64,000 nucleotides of DNA from Alphaproteobacteria bacterium (GTDB lineage Bacteria > Pseudomonadota > Alphaproteobacteria > Bin95): NCBI GenBank assembly GCA_965205265.1, contig CBDBGH010000003.1:1920001-1984000 (forward strand), read 5' to 3'. Of the stretch, positions 29,283-40,935 are shown piece after piece; position 1 is the stretch's first letter; each line of letters starts with the position of its first letter. The position numbers and the translations under genes were made by a program. A model generated the notes under the pieces. That model saw nothing but the letters and a program-made list of their open reading frames with translations, was not told the origin of the DNA and made no database searches.

Positions 29283-31835
29283 ATGGCCCGATACGACCAC
29301 CGCGAAGCCGAGCCTTACTGGCGCGGGCGATGGGAAGAAGCCGGCTGCTTCACGGCCCGCGAGGACGCTTCGCGCCCGAAATATTACGTGATGGAAATGT
29401 TCCCCTATCCCTCGGGGCGCATCCATATGGGCCATGTGCGCAATTTCACGCTGGGCGATGTCGTCGCCCGGTACAAGCGCGCGCAGGGCTTCAATGTGCT
29501 GCACCCGATGGGCTGGGACGCTTTCGGCCTGCCGGCGGAGAACGCCGCCTTCGAAGCCGGCGTCCATCCCGGCGTCTGGACGCGCCGGAACATCGCCACC
29601 ATGAAGGCCCAGCTTTCGACCATGGGCCTCTCCTATGACTGGAGCCGGGAACTCTCGACCTGCGAGCCCGACTATTTCAAGCATGAGCAGGCGATGTTCC
29701 TCGACTTCCTGGAGAAAGGGCTCGCATACCGGCGCAAGTCCTGGGTCAACTGGGACCCCGTCGAGAACACCGTGCTCGCCAATGAGCAGGTGATCGACGG
29801 CCATGGCTGGCGCTCGGGCGCGCCGGTCGAGCGGCGCGAGCTCGCCCACTGGTTCCTCAGGATCACCGCCTATAGCGACGAACTGCTGGAGGCGCTGGAC
29901 GGGCTCGACCGCTGGCCGGACCGCGTGCGGCTGATGCAGGCGAACTGGATCGGCCGCTCCGACGGCGCGCGGGTCAGCTTCCGGCTCAAGGGGCGCGCCG
30001 ACACGCTCGAAGTCTTCACCACCCGGCACGATACGCTGTTCGGCGCCTCCTTCATGGCGATCTCGCCGGACCACCCGCTCGCGCAGGAAATCGCGGCGAA
30101 GGATCCGGACATGGAGGCCTTCATCGCCGAATGCCGCAGCCTCGGCACCAGCGAGGCGGCCATCGAGCAGGCGGAGAAGCGCGGACGGGATACCGGGCTG
30201 AGGGCGCTCCACCCCTTCGATAACGGGGTGGAACTGCCCGTCTATGTCGCGAATTTCGTGCTCATGGACTATGGCAGCGGCGCCATTTTCGGCTGCCCCG
30301 GCCATGACCAGCGCGACCTCGACTTCGCCCGCGCCTACGGCTTGCCGGTGCTCCCCGTGGTCTGCCCGCCCGATGCGGACCCCAGGCGTTTCGAGATCGG
30401 GGCGGAGGCCTATACCGGCGACGGCCGGCTCATCAACTCGTCCTTCCTGGACGGGCTCGACGTGCCCGACGCGAAGCGCTGCATGGGCGAGCGGCTGGAG
30501 GCGCTCGGCTTCGGCGAGCGCACGGTGCAGTACCGCCTCCGGGACTGGGGCGTTTCCCGCCAGCGCTACTGGGGCTGCCCGGTCCCGGTCATCCATTGCG
30601 GCGCCTGCGGCATCGTGCCCGTGCCGCGCGCCGACCTGCCGGTGACGCTGCCCGACGACGTGACCTTCGATACGCCCGGCAATCCGCTGGACCGGCACCC
30701 GGCCTGGAAGCATGTCCCCTGCCCGTCCTGCGGCGCCCCCGCCGAGCGCGAGACCGACACCTTCGACACGTTCTTCGAGTCCTCCTGGTATTTCGCCCGC
30801 TACTGCTCGCCGGGCGTCGAGGACCGGCCGTTCGACCGCGAGGCCGTGGATTACTGGATGCCGGTGGACCAGTATATCGGCGGCGTCGAGCACGCCGTGC
30901 TGCATCTGCTCTATTCCCGCTTCTTTAGCCGGGCCATGAAGGAATGCGGCTATATCGGGGTGGAGGAGCCGTTCGCCGGCCTCTTCACACAGGGCATGGT
31001 CTGCCACGAGACCTACCGCGCCCGGGACGGGGGCTGGCTGCAGCCGAACGAGGTGGAAGACGACGGCAAGGGCGGCAAGCGGCGGTTGTCGGACGGGATG
31101 CCGGTTTCGGTCGGCCGCTCTGAGAAGATGAGCAAGTCGAAAAAGAATGTCGTCGATCCCGAGGAGATCATCGAGCGCTACGGCGCCGATGTGGCCCGCC
31201 TGTTCATGCTGTCCGACAGCCCGCCGGCGCGCGACCTGGACTGGACAGAGGCGGGCGTGGAAGGCGCGTGGCGCTATCTCAACCGGCTCTGGCGGCTGGT
31301 GGACGAGGCGCCGGACGCGCCTGCCGGAGCCGGAACGAGCGATGCGGCGGAGGCGCTGAGAAACACCGCCCACAAGACCGTGGACGCGATGACCGGCGAT
31401 CTCGAACGCTTCCACTTCAACCGGGCGGTGGCGCGGGTCCGCGAGCTTACCAACGCGCTGGCAGACGCCCTGCCGGCCACCGACCCGGCAATGGCGGCCG
31501 CATATCGCGAGAGCATAGAGACCGCCGTGCGACTGATCGCCCCGATGACGCCCCATCTGGCGGAAAGCTGCTGGCGAAGGCTCGGCGGGGAGGGCCTGCT
31601 TGCCGACCGACCCTGGCCGATCGCCGACCCCCTGCGGCTGACTGAAGACATTGTGGTGCTGCCCGTGCAGGTAAACGGCAAGCTGCGCGGCCAGCTGGAG
31701 GTGGCGCGCGGCCTGGAAGCGGCGGATGTCGAGGCGGCGGCACTCGCGCTTGCCGGCGTGCAACGGCAGCTCGAAGGCCGGCTACCCCGCCGCGTCGTCG
31801 TCGTGCCTGACAAGATCGTCAATGTTGTGGCCTGA
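29283..31835 (+). CDS. leuS: Leucine--tRNA ligase
   Basis: [25 protein letters not shown]. Confidence 0.97.
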   Translation: MARYDHREAEPYWRGRWEEAGCFTAREDASRPKYYVMEMFPYPSGRIHMGHVRNFTLGDVVARYKRAQGFNVLHPMGWDAFGLPAENAAFEAGVHPGVWTRRNIATMKAQLSTMGLSYDWSRELSTCEPDYFKHEQAMFLDFLEKGLAYRRKSWVNWDPVENTVLANEQVIDGHGWRSGAPVERRELAHWFLRITAYSDELLEALDGLDRWPDRVRLMQANWIGRSDGARVSFRLKGRADTLEVFTTRHDTLFGASFMAISPDHPLAQEIAAKDPDMEAFIAECRSLGTSEAAIEQAEKRGRDTGLRALHPFDNGVELPVYVANFVLMDYGSGAIFGCPGHDQRDLDFARAYGLPVLPVVCPPDADPRRFEIGAEAYTGDGRLINSSFLDGLDVPDAKRCMGERLEALGFGERTVQYRLRDWGVSRQRYWGCPVPVIHCGACGIVPVPRADLPVTLPDDVTFDTPGNPLDRHPAWKHVPCPSCGAPAERETDTFDTFFESSWYFARYCSPGVEDRPFDREAVDYWMPVDQYIGGVEHAVLHLLYSRFFSRAMKECGYIGVEEPFAGLFTQGMVCHETYRARDGGWLQPNEVEDDGKGGKRRLSDGMPVSVGRSEKMSKSKKNVVDPEEIIERYGADVARLFMLSDSPPARDLDWTEAGVEGAWRYLNRLWRLVDEAPDAPAGAGTSDAAEALRNTAHKTVDAMTGDLERFHFNRAVARVRELTNALADALPATDPAMAAAYRESIETAVRLIAPMTPHLAESCWRRLGGEGLLADRPWPIADPLRLTEDIVVLPVQVNGKLRGQLEVARGLEAADVEAAALALAGVQRQLEGRLPRRVVVVPDKIVNVVA

Positions 31836-32349
31836 GAGACTTGCGGCCGCTGTTGCCGGACTGCTGCTCGGCGCCACGCTCGCCGGCTGCACGCTCGAGC
31901 CCGTTCATGCGCGCCGGCCCCAGCAGGGACCCGACGTCACCGCGGCCATGGCGCAGGTCGAGGTCGAACCGATTCCGGACCGGGTCGGGATGTTGCTGCG
32001 CCGCCGGCTCGAGGAACGCCTGGCTCCGGGCGGACCCCGCCTTCCCGCGGAATACCGCCTCCGCGTTCAACTGCGTTCTTCTTCCGCCGGCTCGCTCATC
32101 GGCAAGAGCGAGAACGTAACCCGCACGGACCTCAGGCTCACCGCCGAGTTCGAGCTCACGAAGCGCGGCGGCGACCGGCCGGTGCTGCGCGGCTGGGCGC
32201 GCTCCGTGCATAGCCACGATGTCCTCCAGTCCGCCTTTGCGACGCGGGCGGCGGAACGCGCGGCGCGCGACCGCGGCGTCGATGCGTTGAGCGCCCAGAT
32301 CGCGCGCCGCCTCGCACTCTTTTTCCGCAGCGGGGAACCGGCCGGATGA
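31822..32349 (+). CDS. lptE: LPS assembly lipoprotein LptE-like
   Basis: Lipobox LAGC; leuS-lptE-holA synteny. Confidence 0.75.
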   Translation: MLWPERLAAAVAGLLLGATLAGCTLEPVHARRPQQGPDVTAAMAQVEVEPIPDRVGMLLRRRLEERLAPGGPRLPAEYRLRVQLRSSSAGSLIGKSENVTRTDLRLTAEFELTKRGGDRPVLRGWARSVHSHDVLQSAFATRAAERAARDRGVDALSAQIARRLALFFRSGEPAG

Positions 32350-33488
32350 AGCTCGCCGGCCGGCAGGTTGCCGCGTTCCTGCGCGATGCGCCGCCGCCCG
32401 AACTGCTCGCCGTCCTTCTCTACGGACCCGACGAGGGGCTGGTACGGGAGCGCGCACGCCTGCTGGCCGGCAAGGTCGTCGAGGACATCCGGGACCCCTT
32501 CCGGGTCGCGACGGTCACCGGGCCGGACCTGAAGGCGGACCCGGCCCTGCTGGCCGACGAGGCGGCCGCCATTTCGCTTACCGGCGGCAAACGGCTGGTG
32601 AGGCTGCGCGCCGCCGGCGACGATTGCGCGAAGGCGCTGGAGGCCGTCCTGGACGGTCCCGCCGCCGAGGCGCTCATCGTCGTCGAAGCGGGCGATCTTC
32701 CGCCGCGCTCCAGGCTGCGCAAGCTGGCCGAGGCGCACGGCCGCGCCGCCGCCCTGCCCTGCTACGCCGATGACGACGACGCTGTCTCCCGGCTGGTGGA
32801 GCACGCCGTGCGAAGCACCGGCGCAAGAATCGATCCGGATGCGCTCGCCTTCGCCGTGGACCATCTCGGCAACGACCGGATGACGACCCGCATGGAGGCG
32901 GAAAAGCTCGCGCTCTACGCCGGCGAGGGCGGCACGGTCTCGCTCGAGGACGCCATGGCCTGCATCGGCGATGCCGCCGTGCTTTCCCTGGACGACATCG
33001 CCTTCGCCGTAGGCGCGGGCGACCTGCCGGCGCTCTCGACCGCACTCGACCGGGCAGCCGCCGAAACCGCGGCGCCCGTTTCGATCCTGCGCGCCGCGGG
33101 GCGCCACTTCCAGCGGCTGGATACGGCGCAGGCGCTCATCGCCGCCGGCGCGGATGAGCGAAGCGCCATGACGCGGTTGCGGCCTCCGGTCTTCTTCCGG
33201 CGCAGGGAAGCGTTTCGCCGCCAGCTCCGCCGATGGCCGCAAGGCCGCATCCTTGCCGCCCTGGCGCGGCTGAACCGGGCGGAAATCGACTGCAAGACCA
33301 CCGGCCTCCCGGACCGGGCGATCGCCGAGCGCACCCTGTTCGAGCTGGCCCGCGCGGGCGCTCAGGCCGCCCCGGCAATGGCGAGGAAATCGGCAGCGGA
33401 CAGGCTCGCGCCGCCGACCAGCGCGCCGTCCACATCGCAAGGCGCCAGCAGGGCCGCCGCGTTGTCGGGCTTGACCGAGCCTCCGTAG
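32346..33488 (+). CDS. holA: DNA polymerase III delta subunit
   Basis: [23 protein letters not shown]; synteny; C-terminal tail overlaps tpiA. Confidence 0.88.
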   Translation: MKLAGRQVAAFLRDAPPPELLAVLLYGPDEGLVRERARLLAGKVVEDIRDPFRVATVTGPDLKADPALLADEAAAISLTGGKRLVRLRAAGDDCAKALEAVLDGPAAEALIVVEAGDLPPRSRLRKLAEAHGRAAALPCYADDDDAVSRLVEHAVRSTGARIDPDALAFAVDHLGNDRMTTRMEAEKLALYAGEGGTVSLEDAMACIGDAAVLSLDDIAFAVGAGDLPALSTALDRAAAETAAPVSILRAAGRHFQRLDTAQALIAAGADERSAMTRLRPPVFFRRREAFRRQLRRWPQGRILAALARLNRAEIDCKTTGLPDRAIAERTLFELARAGAQAAPAMARKSAADRLAPPTSAPSTSQGASRAAALSGLTEPP

Positions 33489-34096
33489 AGAATGCGGGTC
33501 CCTGCGCCCCGCTCGCCGAGCGCAGCGCGCAACGCGGCATGGACGGCAACGATCTCATCGACCGTCGGCGTGCGCCCTGTGCCGATGGCCCAGACCGGTT
33601 CGTAAGCGACGACCGTGTTCTCCGGCCGGGCGCCTTCCGGCAGGGAGCCCAGAAGGCTTGCCGCCACGACCGCCTCAGCCCGGCCGGCATCCCGCTCCCC
33701 GGCGGTCTCGCCGACGCAGACGATGGCGACAAGACCCGCCCGGTGCACCGCCGCCGCCTTCGCGCGCACGATGGCATCCGACTCGCCGTGGCCGGCGCGG
33801 CGCTCGGAATGGCCGGCGATGACATGAGAGCAGCCGGCATCGGCCAGCATCGCGGCCGAAATGTCGCCGGTATGCGCTCCGGCCTCCTCCGCGTGGCAGT
33901 CCTGCCCGCCGAGCGCCACCCGGCTGCCGGAGAGCACAGACGCGACCGGGGCCAGCAGGGTGGCCGGCGGACAGACCAGCAGCTCCGCCGCGCCTTCCGT
34001 CGCAGCGGCCAGCGACCGCGCGAGCGCAAGGCCGTCGGCGGCGAGGCCGTTCATCTTCCAGTTGCCCGCAATCAGCGGGCGGCGCGCGGCGGTCAT
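33362..34096 (-). CDS. tpiA: Triosephosphate isomerase
   Basis: [41 protein letters not shown]. Confidence 0.96.
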   Translation of the reverse strand: MTAARRPLIAGNWKMNGLAADGLALARSLAAATEGAAELLVCPPATLLAPVASVLSGSRVALGGQDCHAEEAGAHTGDISAAMLADAGCSHVIAGHSERRAGHGESDAIVRAKAAAVHRAGLVAIVCVGETAGERDAGRAEAVVAASLLGSLPEGARPENTVVAYEPVWAIGTGRTPTVDEIVAVHAALRAALGERGAGTRILYGGSVKPDNAAALLAPCDVDGALVGGASLSAADFLAIAGAA

Positions 34097-35445
34097 CGGG
34101 CCTTCTTCTCCTGTTTGCCGGCGAGCGCGCGTACGGCCGACGACATGGCGATCCGTCCTTCGCCCTTGTAGGCCTCGTGGTTCGCCTCGATCATGTCGCT
34201 CCGGTAGAGATAGTTGATCATCACGCCGGCCGACTGCGCCCGCCCGGCGTCGGAGACATTCGCCATCCAGTTGAGCCGCTCCATGCGCGCCCCGTTCGAA
34301 AGGTGGAAATGCGCGACCGGATCGGCCGCCCTGCCCTTGCGCCGGGCGTGGACGAGATAGCGCGCAACCGCCCGCAGCACCGGCCCCTTCGCGGCCTCGG
34401 CGGCCTCCGGGTCCTCCCACCATCCCGGCTTTGCGAGAGCGGCCTGCACAGCATGGTCGGGATTGTCCTTCAACCAGCGCCCGAAGCCCGGAATCGGCGA
34501 AAGCGTGGCGAAGGTCTTCAGGTTGGGCAATTCCGCGCGCAGATCGTCCACCACGCGCTTGATGAGGAAATCGCCGAACGCAATGCCGGCAAGGCCGCGC
34601 TGGGCGTTGGAGATCGAATAGAAGACCGCCGTGTCCGCCCGCGATGCATCGCCGACCGGGCTCTCCTCGTCGAGCAAAGCGTGGACATTGTCCGCAAGCC
34701 CCGTCTCCAGCGCGACCTCGACGAAGATCAGCGGCTCGTCCGGCATGCTCGGGTGGAAGAAGGCGTAGCAGCGCCGGTCCGAGTCGAGCCGGTTTTTCAG
34801 GTCCTGCCAGCTCCGGATGGCATGCACCGCTTCGTAGTCGATCAGCTTTTCCAACAGCGAGGCCGGGGCGTTCCAGTCAATCCGCCTGAGCTCCAGGAAG
34901 CCCGCATCGAACCAGCTCGCAAGCAGGTGCTTCAGGTCCTTCTCCAGGCCCGAGAGCGCGGCATCGTCGCGTGCCAAGCGCATGAGGTCGTAGCGCAGGT
35001 CCACCAGGAACTTCACGCCATCGGTCAACGCATTGAACTGCCGCAGCAGGCGTTCGCGCGGCGCATTCAGGGCATCCCGGAGCGCCTCTTCCGCAGCCGT
35101 CCGGCCTTCAGGCGCCACTGCTTCCAGCGCCGCAACCGCCCGGCCGAGCGCCGCCGGGTCCCGGTCGAACTCGGTCGCCAGAATGGTGAGGTAGCGGCGG
35201 CGACCGGTCTCCGATAACTGCAGGTAGGCCCTGCCGAGCTCGGCCGCGCGGCCGCGCGCGGAGACCTCCCCGCCCCGGCCTTCCAGACAGGCCCGGAAAC
35301 GCTCGCGTATGCGTTCCGCATCGCCCTTCGTCAGGTCCGGGTCGGGGTCGAGGCCGTCGCTGCCGATGAGCCCCCGCACGGCTTCCTTCAGGCCTGCGAG
35401 CGTGCGGTCGAACAGTCGGGAAACTTCTGCTTCTGACTGGCTCAT
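34093..35445 (-). CDS. Malonyl-CoA decarboxylase
   Basis: [41 protein letters not shown]. Confidence 0.92.
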   Translation of the reverse strand: MSQSEAEVSRLFDRTLAGLKEAVRGLIGSDGLDPDPDLTKGDAERIRERFRACLEGRGGEVSARGRAAELGRAYLQLSETGRRRYLTILATEFDRDPAALGRAVAALEAVAPEGRTAAEEALRDALNAPRERLLRQFNALTDGVKFLVDLRYDLMRLARDDAALSGLEKDLKHLLASWFDAGFLELRRIDWNAPASLLEKLIDYEAVHAIRSWQDLKNRLDSDRRCYAFFHPSMPDEPLIFVEVALETGLADNVHALLDEESPVGDASRADTAVFYSISNAQRGLAGIAFGDFLIKRVVDDLRAELPNLKTFATLSPIPGFGRWLKDNPDHAVQAALAKPGWWEDPEAAEAAKGPVLRAVARYLVHARRKGRAADPVAHFHLSNGARMERLNWMANVSDAGRAQSAGVMINYLYRSDMIEANHEAYKGEGRIAMSSAVRALAGKQEKKAR

Positions 35446-36914
35446 GTCGCGTGCATCCTGCGGAGAACGGTCGGCAACATGTCCGGCAGGTCCTCCGCAA
35501 TCAAGCCCGGCCCGAAGGCCGCCGCCGCCTCTCCATGCAGCCACGTTGCCGCAGCTCCCGCCTCGAAGGCGGACATGCCCTGCGCCATCAGGCCCAGCGC
35601 CATGCCGGCCAGCACGTCGCCGCTGCCGGCCGTCGCGAGCCAGGGCGGGCCATTCGTCGAAATCGCGGCCCGCCCGTCCGGCGCGGCAATCACGCTGTCC
35701 GCCCCCTTGAGCAGGACGGTCCAGCCGCTCGCCGCCGCGGCCGCGCGCGCCCTCGCGAGTCGGTCGCCGCCGAACCGGAAGAGGCGCGCGAACTCGCCGT
35801 CATGAGGCGTCAGCAACCCGGCGCCGCCCCTGCCTTCCGGCAGCCGTCCGGCCATCGCCGTCAACGCATCGGCATCGAGCACGACCGCTCCGGCGCGCGC
35901 GCAGGCCGCTTCCACGGCGTCTGCCGTTTCGGGGCCGAGGCCGGCGCCGGGCCCGACCAGCACGGCATTCTTGCGCCCGTCCTCCAGCAGGCGCCGGAAG
36001 TCCTCCGGCCCGCTGCGCCGCACGACCAGCGCGCCGGGCAGCGAAACCGCATAGACCGGCCAGGCCTTATCGGGCGCGGAAACCGTCACCAGGCCCGCGC
36101 CGGCGCGCATGGCGCCCCTTGCCGCCAGCCGGGCCGCGCCGGTCGTGTCCGCCCCGCCCCAGACGACCGCATGGCCGCGCGTGTATTTGTGGCTCTCCGG
36201 CCCTGGAACGGGCAGCCTCCACGAATCCGGGCCGTTCTCGAAGGCGGTAGGGCCGATATCGTCCAGCACCGCCTCCGGAATGCCGATATCGGCAACCTCG
36301 ACCTCGCCGCAATGGAGCCGCCCCGGCAGCAGCAGATGGCCCGGCTTCTTGCGGAAGAAGGTGACCGTGAGCGCCGCGCGGGGCGCATGGCCCAGCACCG
36401 CGCCGCTATCTCCGGCAATGCCGCTCGGCAGGTCCACCGCCACCAGCGGCAGGCTCTCCGCCGCTTCCAGAACCTCCCTTGCGGCACCCGAAACCGGCCG
36501 TTTCAGCCCGGCCCCAAAGAGGGCGTCGATGACGAGTCTGGCATCGCCCAGCACTGCGGGATCGAGCGGTTCGACCGGACCGGGCCAGCTTCGCGCCGCC
36601 TCGGCCGCATCGCCGGACAACGCCTCGCGCCGGCCCAGCAGCGCCACGCGCACCGGCCAGCCGGCAGCCTGCAGCCGTTCCGCCGCGATGAAGCCGTCGC
36701 CGCCATTGTTGCCGGGCCCCGCCAGCACCAGCACGGGCCGCGGACTCCAGCGCCGGCGCACCGCGTCGGCGATGGCGACGCCGGCATTGCGCATCAGCTC
36801 GAAGCCCGGATGCCCGCGGTCTGCCGCCAGCCGGTCGGCCCGGCCCATCTCTTCGACCGTCAGCAGGGCCGGGCGGCCGCGCATTGCGGGAGCAGCCGGT
36901 TCGTTCAGTCCCAT
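35442..36914 (-). CDS. nnr: Bifunctional NAD(P)HX epimerase/dehydratase
   Basis: GPGNNGGDG, DALFGAG, HKYTRG, LTPHDGE, TAGSGDVLAG. Confidence 0.92.
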   Translation of the reverse strand: MGLNEPAAPAMRGRPALLTVEEMGRADRLAADRGHPGFELMRNAGVAIADAVRRRWSPRPVLVLAGPGNNGGDGFIAAERLQAAGWPVRVALLGRREALSGDAAEAARSWPGPVEPLDPAVLGDARLVIDALFGAGLKRPVSGAAREVLEAAESLPLVAVDLPSGIAGDSGAVLGHAPRAALTVTFFRKKPGHLLLPGRLHCGEVEVADIGIPEAVLDDIGPTAFENGPDSWRLPVPGPESHKYTRGHAVVWGGADTTGAARLAARGAMRAGAGLVTVSAPDKAWPVYAVSLPGALVVRRSGPEDFRRLLEDGRKNAVLVGPGAGLGPETADAVEAACARAGAVVLDADALTAMAGRLPEGRGGAGLLTPHDGEFARLFRFGGDRLARARAAAAASGWTVLLKGADSVIAAPDGRAAISTNGPPWLATAGSGDVLAGMALGLMAQGMSAFEAGAAATWLHGEAAAAFGPGLIAEDLPDMLPTVLRRMHAT

Positions 36915-37594
36915 TCCATGACACGCCTGCCATGGAGCGTCTTCACGACCGGCACCGGGCGGCTCATGTCGTGCAGCCTGTCCTCGGCGAGGCGGGCCTC
37001 GATTTCCCTGAGCACGAGCGCGGTAATCGGCCGGAGCTTGAGGCGCTGCGCATCGGCAAGCCGGACCCAGTGCAGCTTCAGCAGCTCGCCCGAGCCCTCG
37101 CTCAGGTCGCCCCGCACATGCTCGGCGTCGATCACGAAAAACCTCGCGTTGAAACGACGCGGACGGCCGGGCGGCGTGACAGCCCGGTGGATGTAGGTCA
37201 GCCTGTCGAGCGCCGGGGCGTGGCCGCTGTCGTAGAAATGCCGCCAGTCATCCGAAAGGCCGGCGGGCCGCATGCCGTTGACGGGCTCGCCCACGATCAA
37301 CCCCGCTTCCTCGAAGGTCTCGCGCACCGCCGCCAGCGCCAGCGCCCTCGCCCGACGCGCGGTCGCGGACGAACGCAGCCTTTGTTCGACCTCCGGGCGC
37401 AGTTCCCGGGCGGCAGGCGCATGGCCGTCCTGGCGATCCACCCTGCCGCCGGGAAAGACATAGTGCTCCGGGTAGAAGACGTGGCCCTGCGAGCGCTCGC
37501 CCATCACCACCTCGCCGGTTTCCCGGCGGAGGATGACAAGGGTGGCCGCGTCGCGGATCGGCGTTCTGGGCCGCCGGTCGCCGCCTGCCTTCAT
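36905..37594 (-). CDS. NUDIX hydrolase
   Basis: RDAATL, VFPGG, AAVRETFEEAG, RRFNARFF. Confidence 0.85.
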   Translation of the reverse strand: MKAGGDRRPRTPIRDAATLVILRRETGEVVMGERSQGHVFYPEHYVFPGGRVDRQDGHAPAARELRPEVEQRLRSSATARRARALALAAVRETFEEAGLIVGEPVNGMRPAGLSDDWRHFYDSGHAPALDRLTYIHRAVTPPGRPRRFNARFFVIDAEHVRGDLSEGSGELLKLHWVRLADAQRLKLRPITALVLREIEARLAEDRLHDMSRPVPVVKTLHGRRVMEWD

Positions 37595-37618
37595 CCGCGC
37601 CCCGCCCCGGACGGGCCG

Positions 37619-37696
37619 TGGGGTGCCCAACCGGATTTGAACCGGTGACCTCCTGGACCACAACCAGGCGCTCTAACCGACTGAGCTATGGGCACC
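37619..37696 (-). tRNA. tRNA-His (GTG), with encoded G-1 and C73
   Basis: G-GTGCCCA...TGGGCAC-C-CCA; anticodon arm CCTGG-TTGTGGT-CCAGG. Confidence 0.95.
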
Positions 37697-37831
37697 ACGC
37701 GGAAAGCCTCGCAAGGAAGGACGCCATCTAGGCCGTCCACCCCCCGAAGGTCAAGACCGGGGGCGGTTTCGTCCATAGCCGCCGCAGCCCGGACCGGCTA
37801 ACCTTTCGTCCACCGACCGGCGCCTGTCCCC

Positions 37832-39106
37832 ATGCACACGCTCCTCTTTCTCGAGCCCGGCCACTTCCACGCCGCTCTCACCCTGCGCGCGGCGAACCCG
37901 CGGATCGACCCCACCGTCCACCTCTATGCCCGCCCCGGCCCGGAACGCGACGCCTTCATGGCCCTGGTCGGCTCGTTCAATGCGCGGGACGACCGGCCGA
38001 CGGGCTGGAACATCCGGACCCACGAAGCGGCCGACCCGGAGCGGGCCCTGGTCGAGGAGCGGCGCGGAGACATCGTCGTCCTTGCCGGGCGCAACCGGCC
38101 GAAGCTCGGCGCCATCGCGCGCCTGCATGCGGCGGGCCTGCATGTGCTCGCCGACAAGCCCTGGCTGACCGAAAGCGCGGCGCTGCCGGATCTGGAACGG
38201 GCGACGGCGGGCTGGCCGCTCGCCATGGACATCATGACCTTTCGCCATGAGGCGGCGGCGCGTCTCACGCAGAAGATCGCGGCGGACCCGGACCTGTTAG
38301 GCGCCCTTGGCGGGCAGACGGACGAGCCCGCCATCGACATCCAGTCCGTTCACCATCTGCTCAAGATCGTGAACGGCGCGCCGCTCCGGCGGCCCTCCTG
38401 GTATTACGACACCCGCATCCAGGGGGACGGGCTCGTCGATATCCAGTCCCACATGGCCGACCAGGCGCAGTGGATACTCGGCGACGGTCCGGGCTTCCTG
38501 TTCGAACGGGACTACGAGCTGGAGGACGCGCGCCGCTGGAGCACCCCGGTGCCGCGCGAACTCTTCGAGGCCAGCACCGGCCTCGACGAATTCCCGCAGG
38601 CGCTGGAGCCGCATGCGGAGGCCGGGGTGTTGCAACTCGCCTGCAACGGCGAAATCCGCTACCGGCTGCGGGGCGCGCCCGTCCGCCAGCGGGCGGAGTG
38701 GGGGCAGCGCGAGCCGGAGGGAGGCGGCGACGCGCACCGGACGACCGTCCGGGGCGAGCGGGCGGCGGTCATTGCGCGCCGCGGGCCCGAGACCGGCTTC
38801 CGGGCCGAGGTGCATGTCGCGCCGCGCGACGCGGGGCCCGGCTTCGAGGCCCGCCTTTCGGAGAAGCTCGCCGCCTGGGAGGCCGATATGCCCGGCCTGT
38901 CGCACCGCCCGTCTTCCCTCGGGCGCGAGATCGTCATCCCGGCCGCTCTCCACACGCCGCATGAAGCCCATTTCCCGATGGTGCTCGACGGTTTCCTCGA
39001 CCTTCTCGACGCGGGCGACTGGCCGGCTGCCCTCGCTGCCCGCATACGCGCACGCTACACGCTTCTCGCGCGGGCCCGAGAGCGATGCGCGCCGGCCGGC
39101 GGATAA
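37832..39106 (+). CDS. Putative Gfo/Idh/MocA-like oxidoreductase
   Basis: PGHFHAAL, HVLADKPW, DIMT.R.E, SVHH, QGDGLVDI motifs. Confidence 0.65.
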   Translation: MHTLLFLEPGHFHAALTLRAANPRIDPTVHLYARPGPERDAFMALVGSFNARDDRPTGWNIRTHEAADPERALVEERRGDIVVLAGRNRPKLGAIARLHAAGLHVLADKPWLTESAALPDLERATAGWPLAMDIMTFRHEAAARLTQKIAADPDLLGALGGQTDEPAIDIQSVHHLLKIVNGAPLRRPSWYYDTRIQGDGLVDIQSHMADQAQWILGDGPGFLFERDYELEDARRWSTPVPRELFEASTGLDEFPQALEPHAEAGVLQLACNGEIRYRLRGAPVRQRAEWGQREPEGGGDAHRTTVRGERAAVIARRGPETGFRAEVHVAPRDAGPGFEARLSEKLAAWEADMPGLSHRPSSLGREIVIPAALHTPHEAHFPMVLDGFLDLLDAGDWPAALAARIRARYTLLARARERCAPAGG

Positions 39107-39204
39107 CTGCATCAGAGCCTGGCGCCGACCCCCGGGGCATTGCGGCGGATTTCGCTTTCGGACATAGTCCGGCGCCTTCCGAAAAAGACAGGATACGGGC
39201 CGCC

Positions 39205-40368
39205 ATGCTTCGCCTTGCCGACAATCTGAACCGACTGGGGACCGAGACCGCCTTCGAGGTCCTGGCGCGGGCGGCGAAGCTGCAGGCGGAAGGCCGCGAC
39301 ATCATCAATCTCGGCATCGGGCAGCCGGACTTCAAAACGCCGCCCCATGTGGTCGAGGCGGCGGCGCAGGCGCTGCGCGACGGGCACCACGGCTACACGC
39401 CGGCCAACGGCATCCCGGCGCTGCGCGAGGCCGTGGCGGCGGATATCGCGCGCTTTCGCGGCGTCGAGGTCGATCCCGACCTGGTCATGATCATGCCCGG
39501 CGGCAAGCCGACCATGTTCTTCGCGATCATGATGTTCGGGGAGCCCGGCGCCGAGATCGTCTATCCGAACCCCGGCTTCCCGATCTACGAGTCGATGATC
39601 GAATATTCCGGCGCCACGCCCGTCGCGATGGCGCTGCATGAGGAGAACGGCTTCGCCTTCTCGGCCGACGAGGTGCTGGCGCAGATCGGCCCCGCGACGC
39701 GCCTCCTCATCCTGAACAGCCCCGCCAACCCGACCGGCGGCGTTGCGCCGAAGGCGGAGATTGACAAGCTGGTGGCCGGGCTCGAGGACCATCCGCACGT
39801 CGCGGTCCTCTCCGACGAGATCTACAGCCGGCTGCTCTACGAAGACAACGAGCATGTCTCGCTGCTCGGCTATGAGAGCCTGCGCGAGCGCACCATCCTC
39901 CTGGACGGCTGGAGCAAGACCTATGCGATGACGGGCTGGCGGCTCGGCTACAGCGTCTGGCCGAAGGCGCTCTTCCCGCTGGTGGAACGGCTCGCGGTCA
40001 ACTGCCATTCCTGCGTCAATGCGGCCACGCAATATGCCGGCATCGCCGCACTGAACGGGCCGCAGGACGCCGTGGAGACCATGCGCCGGGCCTTCGATGC
40101 ACGCCGGCGCATCATCGTGCGCGCGCTCAACCAGCTTCCGGGCTTCCGCTGCGTCGATCCGGGGGGCGCGTTCTACACCTTCCCCAATATCGAGGGCACC
40201 GGCATGAGCGCGCGCGAACTGCAGAGCCGGATGCTGGAGGAAGCGGGCGTCGCGACGGTGGCCGGCACCAGCTTCGGCGGGCATGGCGAGGGCTTCGTCC
40301 GGTTCTCCTACGCGGCGAGCGAGGAAGACATCGAACGCGCGGTCGAACGCATCCGCACCGTGCTCTGA
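39205..40368 (+). CDS. PLP-dependent class I/II aminotransferase (AspAT-like)
   Basis: LGIGQPDF, NSPANPTG, SDEIY, SKTYAMTGWRLG. Confidence 0.92.
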   Translation: MLRLADNLNRLGTETAFEVLARAAKLQAEGRDIINLGIGQPDFKTPPHVVEAAAQALRDGHHGYTPANGIPALREAVAADIARFRGVEVDPDLVMIMPGGKPTMFFAIMMFGEPGAEIVYPNPGFPIYESMIEYSGATPVAMALHEENGFAFSADEVLAQIGPATRLLILNSPANPTGGVAPKAEIDKLVAGLEDHPHVAVLSDEIYSRLLYEDNEHVSLLGYESLRERTILLDGWSKTYAMTGWRLGYSVWPKALFPLVERLAVNCHSCVNAATQYAGIAALNGPQDAVETMRRAFDARRRIIVRALNQLPGFRCVDPGGAFYTFPNIEGTGMSARELQSRMLEEAGVATVAGTSFGGHGEGFVRFSYAASEEDIERAVERIRTVL

Positions 40369-40393
40369 GCGCCCGTTCGGCAGGCAGTCCAGG

Positions 40394-40888
<495 letters not shown>

Positions 40889-40935
40889 ACACCCGGCGCG
40901 AGCGCCTTCCGGAACAGAGAGGGAGCCCCTATCTC

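Noticed and set aside
28767-31763. 998-aa antisense ORF over leuS, and similar ones over glnA, the ABC genes, maeB and the cyclase
   Set aside because: Antisense shadows caused by GC3 codon bias; no recognisable motifs
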